A stretch of DNA of 64,000 bases from Lobosporangium transversale. Its lineage: Eukaryota. The stretch spans positions 62,001 to 126,000 of the forward strand of contig NW_019028994.1 of the NCBI RefSeq assembly GCF_002105155.1. The letters run 5' to 3'. The notes beneath the pieces are model-generated. The model saw only the letters and a program-made list of their open reading frames with translations, had not been told where the DNA came from and ran no database searches. A program made the position numbers and the translations under genes. This document shows, one piece after another, positions 21,811-32,800 of the stretch (position 1 is the first letter of the stretch; every line of letters begins with the position of its first letter).

Positions 21811-23335
21811 CTAAGGTGCCCATGTCTCACGATGGAAATCCACTGCCCACTTGGCTCTCAAGATCTGGCGTTCTACATGCTCTACAAATGCCTCAGGTCC
21901 ACCCCCAAAGACTGTGATCAAGCCCCGGTCTTTGCCTGCAAGGCCTACTCCCTTCTCCATGAACCTATCAATCACTACTTTCACATTCATCCTTCCAACA
22001 GAGTACACGACATCACCTTCATCCCAATTACCATCTTCCACACTCAAGTCTTCATCTTCAAGTTCAAATTTTGGGTATGGCAAATCCGCTGAGGCTGAAG
22101 CTGAGGCTTCGTTGGTATTGGGGTTTTTTACGAAGTGTTTCCCAGTCTCGATATCCTTCAAATTGCTGGCATTCAAAGACTTGATCAAGACCTTGCGAGC
22201 GTACCAAACTGCAAAATAACCAATGATCGAAACTAGGACCGCATGACCAAATACGGGAGCAACCGAATAGAAACCATAACAGATCTTGTACTGGGTCGCT
22301 GTCATCTTTGCTCGGACATTACAATAATGCTCAGGCCCCTCCCATTTGATTGCACGGAGGATAAACCAAAACCCAAGCGGGATACAGACCATGATCGCAG
22401 TGACATGCAAATCCAGTTTAGCAAGACGAGTCGATACAGAATTCGACTGGGCATCATGGAACGTTGGCAGACGCTTGGAATCATAAGTCATGGCACATGT
22501 CGGTGACGAAGAAGTGAAAGCTGTGCCGTTCGCTCGAAAGTCCTCTTCAATCCTCATCTTCTCAGAGATAGCAGACTCATCAAATTTAGTCGAGACTGGA
22601 CTACAAACCAAGGAGACTGGAGTAGAAGACGAGACACTGGACGAGTCACATCGTTCTGACTGCCTTTTATTTTCGTTGTTGTTGCCAGCCGTGGGTTTGT
22701 CAGTTGATTCAGAGTGGGTGTGGCTCTCTACATCTGTAAGGCTTACATTGCTTTGATCAGTAGCAACATCACCATTAGAAGCAGACGAAGTGGCCTTTCC
22801 ATTAGCAGACTGATCCACAGGCTTTGACTCCTTATTAAGGCCACTAATCACAGTAATAGGTGGGGGCATCCCCTCAGTAACAGTACGCCCGGATAATGCA
22901 CGCTTGAGCATTGTACCCGTACGTCTCAAGGACTGGAAACGCTTCCTCTTTTGTTGCTTCTTCGTCAAGGACTGTCCAGGAACTTGAATATCATTCTTGA
23001 TCACATGTGCATGTGCACCCATCAATGTCTTGGCCTTGTCAGGACGAGAGACATAGACCTCTACGTGTAACCAAGTGGTGAAACGAGGGTCGCGTGTAAT
23101 CTGATGTAAAAATGAGCCATAGGCATGAAGTTCACTACGGGTTCGGAACGTGCAAATCAAATAGAACTGCATTCGAAGGGGCTCTTTGGAGGATGCGATC
23201 TGTGCAGCAATAGCCTTGATCAGAGCCATGAATGTAGTGATAGCGGCACCAGCTAACATTTGTATTTTTTTTTTTAAAAAAAAATGTTGATAAATCACTC
23301 TAATATTTGCTAAAAGCTAAAGAAAAAAAAAAAAG

Positions 23336-23367
<32 letters not shown>

Positions 23368-24882
23368 AATGGATCCAAGAGATGGCATTAGTCTTACCAA
23401 CAAAGACAATGAGCACTTCAGACTTTAGGTAACCATGCTGGCGATCTCCAAAGACACCATCGACATTTGCCTTGATACGAATACGTTTATCCTCGGTTCC
23501 ACAAAGTTTGGCCATGGCCCCTGTCCAACTCTTCTTGGTTTCATTGTATGTTCGGATGAATAAAACGATCGACTGTGGATCTTCTGGCCAGTAGCTGGCG
23601 ATTGTGAAAGGATGATACAATATCCCCAGCTCCGGTACCTGAACTAAGATATAGTCACCGGGGTAATAGGGCTTCATGGGTTCAGGAGATCGGAGAGTCA
23701 TCCGAATAATATCTGCATCTGCATTCAAAGCAATTGAGGCCTCTGGATAGAGGGTCCTAGCTTGGATCGTCTTTGGAACAAAGCGGTCGATAAAGAACAG
23801 GATGACCGAGGGTAAGACGTAGTACCAAAGCATATAGTATGGATAATGTACAACGGTAGCCACCAAGAAGATCACCGTTATAATACGGTGCACTGTCATG
23901 AAGACTGTGTAGAGTCGACGGCGGACTTGAGGGATCGAAAGAGCAGCAAGGATTAGAAGCGCAAACTATTGGCATCAATGATAAGCAGTAGTAGGGAAAA
24001 GATTATCAGGCTTTGATAACTTTTCAAACAAATGAATAAATAAACAGACGTTAACATGCAGCATGTCTTGCTTACCCAGGCAACAAAGCCCATGAGATTC
24101 ATAGTTGCACGTCCCGTATCATAGAAATTAAAGTTCTCTTCCCAGGTTCCGTTTGCGATATAGTATATGCAATACCCAATCGTGTGGAGAACAGACCAGA
24201 CCACAACCACCACACCAAGCCATCGATGAAGAGGTAGGAGCTCCGAGTAGGTGAACCCCAGGGAATGAAGCATCGAACGACGCAGGATCAGGAACAGAAT
24301 AATGGAGCAGCTAGCGAGGGAAGCATACCCGCCGATGAAGCCAATGATCACTATACGGGGCGAGATCGATATCATATTTATAAATGCTATGTTGTCAGCT
24401 CACCTCGTAAAGAAATAATTATAAGGTCATGGCAACATATTCAACTTACAGCCAAATGCCTGTAAAAAGCCATATTTAGCAAAGTATCTCATCCCTGTTG
24501 GGATCGTAGAGAGGATCCACGAGAGTTTCAAGAGGACAATGGTTCCGACAAGACACCAATATTTGACTGTGTAGCCCCATAGGATATGGTGTTCCCACAA
24601 CGAGATCTTTTGTTGCATATTTGCTGGTGTGGTCACCTTTGCGATCCCATGTTGAAACTCGCGTTCTGATCGGAAATAATGGCCCCAGACGGTGGCCATG
24701 TGGCCTATGACTGAGGGCAGGATCCAAAGTGCAGTTGTGAAATAGTCACGGTTGTTGAGATAGAAGATCCATTCACGAGTCTTAACCCAGGTTACCCAGC
24801 CATCGAGCAAGAACCAGACTACGATAATGAATAGACAGCACAAGACGATCCCTTGAAGTGGATCTATACGTAGCAGCCTCAT
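21811..24882 (-). CDS. Ferric reductase (FRE/NOX superfamily): heme-binding TM, FAD-binding and NAD(P)H-binding domains
   Basis: Four exons. Paired heme His residues in LHRWLG...VLH and VHR...VVH, FAD motif HPFT, VDGVFG, VFVAGAAITTF, and C-terminal FHRETW. Confidence 0.9.
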
Positions 24883-24960
24883 ATTTATATGGGCGTGTTC
24901 GAATGTGTATTATGAAGAGAAGAAAGCTGTCAGTTAGATGACAGTGAGAAATGAAACTAA

Positions 24961-24963
<3 letters not shown>

Positions 24964-24992
<29 letters not shown>
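24964..24992. repeat. (GA)n microsatellite in the 5' region of the ferric reductase
   Basis: Uninterrupted GA run, (TC)n on the gene's sense strand. Confidence 0.85.
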
Positions 24993-24996
<4 letters not shown>

Positions 24997-25143
24997 GAAA
25001 GGTATAAGAGAGGAGATAAAAGGAGGGAGAATGGAGGGGGTATGAGATTGACAGCGAAGGCGCCTCCTCAAACTGATAATTGATTTACAAGAAGGGACAA
25101 AGGATGGATAATGAAGAGGAGGAGTAGACTATCAATCCACTCC

Positions 25144-25152
25144 TTTTATATA
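25144..25152 (-). promoter_or_regulatory. TATA box of the ferric reductase gene
   Basis: TATATAAAA on the minus strand about 265 bp upstream of ATG 24882, followed by a pyrimidine-rich leader. Confidence 0.55.
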
Positions 25153-25648
25153 AGCGAAATCTAAGGAGGACTAGAATCCAAAAAGGCTTGAAAAGTAGAT
25201 CATGATCGGTTCACGGGGGCACCATGTAGTACATCCCTTCTTTGTTCTTTTCGTTGCCTTTGATCGTGTACATTACTGCAAATACCTACAGACAATGTGG
25301 TGAGTGCGAGCTGCGAGATTGTCCGGCCAAATAAGATCAGACAAGGTCGAATGAAGAAAAAACAGATCAGACTAGCCATTTTCTCACAAATCAGCGCATG
25401 TTATCGAAAAAAAAGAAAACAACAACAACAACAAAAAAAAGGTATAGTATTATAATTCAACTGATCATGATAACATTAAATAATTTAAAAAGAAAAAAAA
25501 GAAAAAAAGAAAGCTCTAGTAGCATCAGAATGGGGGCAACATGTGGCAAAACCATCCAGATCATTCAAAAAAAAAAAAAAAAGCAAAAAAGCAAAAAAAA
25601 AAAAAGCTCTACGAATAAAATGATACGTTGTGATCCCTCATGATATGT

Positions 25649-26698
25649 TTATCAGATCCTAGTCCATGCTCACTGTCCCTCTTCCTGCACAAAAACAAGG
25701 GACTAGGCGCTTTTAGGGAAGCGAGAAGTATAAAATGTTTATAGCAAAAGCCAAGAACTAAAAAGAAACTATGCAACAAGGGTCATTAACTTTTCTTTGA
25801 GGTAGAAAGGTGTTACTTCAGAGGGCTTTGGAGGGGACCCTGGAGGCAAGGATCAGACAAAAACAAAACAAAAACATTATATGTAAATGATGCTTGTGAA
25901 TGGCGCTGCTGAGCATGAACTCTTTTTTTATATTTTTTTTTTTTTTTTTTTTTTTTGTTTCCTTTGCAACGCTTATTAGATTGAGTTAAAGTGTAATAAA
26001 GCGCGCATGAAAAAGATTGCCACAATAAAAAAATGTATAAACTTACTGAATGGTGTTGGTGCTGGTGCTGATGGTTTGCATCATACCCGTCGCAAAAGTC
26101 TGAAGCCCGATCGGGCATGGGTACATGTATATATATATTATACATTACAATATGATATAATGTACAAATGCACTCACAAATTCAGCTATAAGTCGAATGG
26201 GACGACAAGTTTGTGTTAATTGAAAGGTGTTTTGTGTATTCTTTTATCCTTTTCTGAAATTCTTGTAGATGAAGGCACTAGCCGGTATATTGCCACTTTG
26301 GGTCTAATCATCTCATCGGGCCAAGAAAAAAGCTTCAACAAAAAACACGCATGTTTATGTATCTATATAGTATAATATAATACCTTTTTTTTTTTTTTTT
26401 TTAATCTTGTTTCCTTTTCATCTTGTTTTTTTTTTTTTTTTTTTTTTTTTTCTTTGTCTTAAAAAAGATCATCTCTTTGACTCCTCTGCAGCCCGCCTAT
26501 TCTGTTTATTAAGAGAAGCTTAATTTGACATGAATATGATGCGAATCACATGGATGATCGCCGAGTATATGAGTATATGCAGGTGTCCAACTATCTCCTT
26601 CTCTCGCCTATGATATGCTTTTTTTATTTTGTTTATACGTCAGTCCAGTCATCGTTTCAAGCGCCCTGCTGTATAGTTGCAAACGGAGATGCAATTAG

Positions 26699-26733
<35 letters not shown>

Positions 26734-26840
26734 GCGTCAAGGAATTTTTTTTTTTTTTTTTTTTTTGGATCTGATAAGGAATTTTAATTTGCATACGTGA
26801 CCCGGGAAATACCGCTTTTGGATGTATTTGCATCTGATAA
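25649..26840. promoter_or_regulatory. Three ATCTGATAA iron-responsive GATA-factor (SreA/Fep1/Urbs1-type) sites
   Basis: Exact ATCWGATAA at 25649-25657 (minus), 26769-26777 (plus) and 26832-26840 (plus), all in the upstream intergenic region of the ferric reductase. Confidence 0.7.
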
Positions 26841-27363
26841 CAACAATTGACTCGGACAAGAGGACAAGAGGACAAGAGTGCAAATCTTTGAGCTAATGAC
26901 ATCAAAACACAAATACAAACAAAAATAAGAACCGGCTCTCTTTTTTTTTTCTTTTCTTTTTTTTTTCCAAATGATGGTTGAAACTCAGTATACACTATTC
27001 CTATCCAATGCTACCAGTAAGGACAAAACTCTTCCTTTCATTCGTTCTTCAAAGATCGATATGGAATGGTTCCATTAGCTGGTGTTGACAATAACAAGTT
27101 CAGGCAGGGAAAAGAAAAATTACTATTATGAAGCTACTGTCAGTTGGTAAAGCAGCAATCATAAAGACTTTTTATATATATCTATCTTTGTTCTATAAAC
27201 TTTCCTCTTCTTTTTTTCCTCTAAAAACCACAGCAGGATATCATTGTTTATGATACTCCATGGGTCCCACTCACATCGGTACATTGGACGATATATCTTT
27301 GTATTTTTGTATACTTGAATCTGAGCGTAGGATAAAGATCGTCATATTAATCCATGTATCTTT

Positions 27364-29319
27364 TTAAATGGTGATCTTTTGTCCATCATATGCAATTCTG
27401 ATTTTGGGCAGACCCTCGCCATCCAGAGCTCGTACTCGTTCATCTTCAGTATAGTGATCAGCCGAATGACAAAACCCAACAATGAATGCACGCTCCAACT
27501 TTGGTTCAAGGCTAGCAATGTAGTCAAGCGCCTGAGGAATGCTGAAATGTGAGGGATGAGTCGATTCTTATTATTGATCAATGAAGTCACATGTTTTGTT
27601 ATTGTCGTTGGGCATTCGTCATTGAAAAAGTGGGAAGGAAAAAAAAAAAAAAAAAAAAAAAGATTAGGATTAAGTTCAGCGACAATGACATTATAAGAGC
27701 GTTCTCTCATGCCTGTCGCCTCGCTCAATTAATGTTTTACGTATTCTATTTCCCTTGATAACTTTCTTGTTTTTAAAAGTTGTTTTTTACCTTTAAGTCC
27801 ATCAATGACTAAAACCTTGGAGCCTCGGATTTTCTCTGTAGTACTCTCAGGTATAGTGGAACAATCTGAGACCCAGCTCACGTCCTTGAATCGGAAACCA
27901 AGTGACCAAAATGGTTCGCCTGTTGCAAAGTACTTGCCATGATGCACTAAGTTTAAATCACAAACGCATATAAAGCATAAGAATTGACATGATCATTTTG
28001 CATGTTACGACCGCAGTTGAAATTGGCCATTAAAGAGTCTGTCGATATCTCCCAAAGCCATAGGGGCCTCCTTGACGGTGTCCTTCCGTTTGTCCTCTGT
28101 TTCCTTCTGGTGCGACCTCCTTTGACTTCATACAAAATATTATTTTCACTTTTTTTTTTTTTTTTTTTGGAGGAGGAGGAGGGTTAAAATAGTTTTTACC
28201 TGGCAACGGTGTGAATTTGAGTCCTTCAACCTCAAAGTCTTTATCATGTTCAATAATATGATATGTGAATGAAGGAATATCACCGCCTCCTGTAGCTTGT
28301 GAGGCATCGACCATATATGGAAAGGCGGCTGCGATGCAATTCATGGTGACTTGATCCAGATACACTGGAATACTATGTGGGGTATCCTTGTCCAATAAAC
28401 ACCATGACCTGAGATCATCCAGTCCAAAAAAGGCATCCGCATGTCCATGAGTGATCACCTAATGAGTTTGAGCGGAAGAAGAAAAATAAAGAAAGAAAGA
28501 AAGAAAAACCAACGGGCAGCACGGATCAAAATACTGTTATTTGAAGGCAGTCGATTCTATTTCCTCTTTTAATTTCCTTTGAACGTTTTTTTTTTTTTTT
28601 TTTTTTTCTGTGATCATTATTCCGTCCTCATATTTACCAAAGCATCAATGTGATTGATGTTGTATTTAGGAAACCATTGCCTTGCTGATTCGTAATAACT
28701 CTTCCCACAATCAATCAGGATGTTTCTATTCCAAGATCAAAAATCGAGGAAATGTCAGCCATGTTCGCTTTGATGAAACAGGATCTATATACCTCTTTTT
28801 CTATATATATACATATATATGTATTCATATATACCTTTGACGTCCATCAGCTTGGGAGAGGCGGACCATGGCACTAGTATTACGCCTAACATTCTTAGCG
28901 CCCTCTGGTGTCAACGTTGACAGACATACTTTACAAGCAGACTCTGGGTTTGAAATACATGGAACTGAAGGCTAAAAAATCCACAGATTCATTCAAGCAA
29001 AGGGTTGTTAAGATACTGTTGCATTCCAATGGATTCATATGTTACGCATAACGTTCTTCCAAAAACTAGATCCTAATGCACAGACATTGTATTTTGTTCT
29101 TTTTTTTTTTTTTTTTTTTTTTGTCTGTCATGCTATGCTTATGCCTATGCTACGTTTTTCTTTGCTTTGTTTTGCCATGCACAACTTTTTTATTGTCTAC
29201 TGTTGTGTTCATTCTCATCCATTCTCATTCAAAAAAAAACGGATTCATCATTACAGTCACATTACCACGCTGCTAGAGGTTCCAGTTCCGAGAAAGATGA
29301 GTTCTGCTGATTCAATCAT
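27364..29319 (-). CDS. Metallo-beta-lactamase-fold hydrolase, PhnP-like
   Basis: Six exons: [22 protein letters not shown]...CKVC...[37 protein letters not shown]...SDCS...VIDGL, and HPSHFS...GFCH...AYDGQKITI*. Confidence 0.9.
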
Positions 29320-29896
29320 TGTGAGGAATTCTATGTTCAATGTTCTATGTTTACTTGTTAAAGATGATTAGATTTGGAGGAAGGGGGAAATGTATGAGAG
29401 AGAAGCGGAAAGAGAAGTTGGACAATGGGAATTCAACAAGACAAACAAACAAAAAAAAAAAAAAAAACTTTTTAAAGGCGAAGACCAAAAAAGACTGACT
29501 TGTCCGAAGAAGCCTTTTTTTTTTTTTTTTTTTTTTTGAGCTTCAAGAGTATCAGAAGTTGGAAGCAGTCATAGTCCTCACCCAAAGGATGACACACACA
29601 ATGGGTCAGTGATTATATCATCAATTACACTTCATAACTTTATAATCGTTGTCAATTAGAACCGGAGAGTTATGAATACACACCATTCCTTTCATCTTCA
29701 TCCAACTTCTTGACCACTCTGTCAAAACACTCTAATGTACTTGCCATATTCGGATAGCTCTGTCCCCTAAAGACGGTGATCTGCAGGCTCTCTTTTTAAT
29801 GTTGCTTAATTAACAAAACAAGGGTCCATCCACTTTATTCTTTACTTGTAACCAGTTATTCTTTCTCCCACAGTGCCATGCTGCTTATTGATGTCC

Positions 29897-32800
29897 TCAG
29901 TCGTGAGGCTTGCATGAAATAACATGCGCAAATCTACACTCGCTGCACATACTGTATTTGAACCGGTAATCTATGATCGATCTACCTGGTGCCGTTGCTG
30001 TTATCAGCGGTATTCTTTCTCCCAAAATTGCTGTCGCTGAAGCTGTCTCTACTGATAGGACTTGATGATTATCAGCTTGAATTGAGACTGCTTTGGACTT
30101 GTGTGCCATTGACGATGCTGTCACAATCTGTTCGGACGCCTCACTTACGACCAACGGATGGGATTGCTCTTTTATTGCTCCTCGTTGCATCAGAAGCTCC
30201 CTGTTGACTGCGCCCAATCCAACTACATCTTGAATACACATGTTGCTAGCATTGAGAAATGTTTATTTGGTGCTCCATTTCAGTCAATACTGATATTGAT
30301 CTCTCCCTTTCACAATCTGCCACATCCGAACAAAGGCATCCTCAGATCCTGTGACCAGAAAGCAGCCTCCTTCAAAAGTACTCCATACAAGTGTCCTAAC
30401 ACGTCCGACTTCAGATGGGATTACTACCAAACACTCGTCTGTCCCTGCATCCCACACTCGCACTGTCCTATCACCACTGCCTGAGGCAATATACTTTCCA
30501 TCAGGTGAAAAAGCCATTTCCGTGATCCATTTAGTGTGTCCTTCAAGAGTATGCAAAACAATTCCCGTTTCCATATCCATCACATCAATTTGTCCATCGT
30601 CATAGGCACCAGTCATCCGCTGACTACATGGTGAAAATGGTCCTTTTCTTGTATAAGCTCTAGTTGTGTAACAAAGCTCCCCCCGTTTCTGTATTCCGTA
30701 CTTGCAGCTCATAAGAGGGATAGCTGTGATAAACCACTATTTTTCGACCGTGTCCCAAAGCTGTACTGTGATGTCGGTACCACAAGTGGCTATTTGTTCT
30801 CCATTTGGCGAGTATTTTAGGTCCATGATATAAAGGGAACGCCCTACAAGGATATGGATGAGCTTTCCTGTTTGCGCATTCCATTGGTATACCATACTCT
30901 CGGAAAATGAAGCAGCGAGTTTTCCACTAGGAGAATACTGAATGCCGCGGACGCTATTCCTATGCTCCAACTCGTACTTTTTCTGACCAGATCTAACATC
31001 TAACATCCCATACATACAAGTAACGATCAGAAGTGCAGCGAGATATAATTTCCTCGCCATTAGGTGAATACACAATTCGTTCAATTCCATATCCATGGTC
31101 CATCTACATCATCTGCTCCCCTGATATCGCATCCCACAGTCGTACTGTCTTGTCACGGCTGCCGCTTGCAATGTGAAGTCCATCAGGAGAGTATGCCACA
31201 CTTCTCACCTGGTCCGTATGACCCTCTAAGCTGTATTTGAGCATCCCCGCTTGAGTGTCCCACACCCGTACTGACCCATCATCGCTAGCTGAGACAAGAT
31301 CGTTTCTACCTGGTGAGTACACTGCACTGTTTACTTGAGCTTTATGGCCCTTCAATCGGTGAATCAGTGCTCCTGAGGTTGTATTCCAAATTGAAACTGC
31401 AGTTTGGAAAGAACCCCAGATGGCGGTATATCGACTGTCTGGCGAGTATATAAACCTCGTACCAATCTCAGTACCCTCAAGAGTTGAAAGCATTTCCTAT
31501 GTTGACGCATCATAGAAAGAAATTGAATATTTACGTGAATCATCTTCGATAACGGAGGCAGCGAGTGTCTTGCCATCAGGCGAGTATGATCCTTCCAATA
31601 CCTCGCCACCAACTTTGAGAAGCGGTCATTCTCCAAGCTGTACACCTGCCATCTTTGCTCCGCTTAGGTCTGCTTCACGAAGCCAGCAGTTCCGTAAGTT
31701 GACCTTCCTCAGATCCGCTCCTTGTAGCTGAGCATACTCAAATATACCATGGCTGAGATCTGCTCCTGGGATCCGGATACCTCGCAAGTCTGCTTCAATA
31801 AATGACTCGCCTGCTTGGATCAAGATTGTCATCGCATTGGCTGCTGCTATCCGCCACTTGCTATTGCTCTTCGAGAGCTCCACATATGCGTACAGCTCCT
31901 GTTTGAACACCGGTTCAAGACGAACACGGTCCTCTAAGAATTGAAGGATAGATGACTCACTCACAAAGCTTCTCCATACTAAAGGTGACACCTCATCAAT
32001 CTCCACTACTTCCACTTCCTGCTCTTCCTTCTTGGTGCCCATGGCTTCGAAACTATATACTGAACTGATGCTCTGCCGACGAGAAGTTGCTATCGTCGCC
32101 TTTGCTACTTCATCGATCGCGGAAGCACTCATTGATTTCTTCGGCTCAAAGATCGCTCGTACTAGACTGTACTCTAGCAGTGAGCGATGCATAAACCGGT
32201 GCTGGCTGCCTGTATGAGTAAGTGGTGAAGCCTCGCATAGAAGGTTCCTTCCATTTGCTTTGCCGAAGTACGCTTCTTTCCATGTGTCCTTGTCCTTGTA
32301 TGGTGAGTAATCCACTACTGGGTTACCACCTTGATGTTTGTAGATTGCTATGGCTAGCTCGGTGAGATATCTGTGCAAACCCTTCATCTAATAGTTTGTG
32401 AAACATCCTTCTGTCTTCCAGTCCTAATGCACCGTTTAGTCGCTTCTTGCCTCGCTCGAGCCATTGCTCAACGAACTGATCATACAGTGTGACGCGTTTG
32501 ATCTTGGTGTTGGAGCCTCCTTGATCTGGATCTACCATTCGTGGGAGTACTTCTAGTGACATCGATAGTATGAAAGGGCTCTTTACAAGGTCTTGTAGAC
32601 TAGGGATCAGCTTGAGTGCATGTCGGTAGTCCTTCGCACGCCACATAGGATTTATGGCATCGACATACTGTTCGATGTAGTCATCGATCTGAGTCTCAGA
32701 GAATGGCATGATCACAGCCTCTTCAAACAATCCAGCGTCTGCTTGGTGATTGCGATTCGTAGGCTGGAACCGATCTTGATAGTCCAATCCGAGGTACTCG

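Noticed and set aside
26105..26116. Perfect 12-bp palindrome GCCCGATCGGGC upstream of the ferric reductase
   Set aside because: Single occurrence with no factor I can assign; plausible by chance.
31626..31628. In-frame TGA codons in the NLR as selenocysteine or programmed readthrough
   Set aside because: The positions fit Trp or Arg rather than Cys, and they co-occur with TAG/TAA stops and frameshifts.
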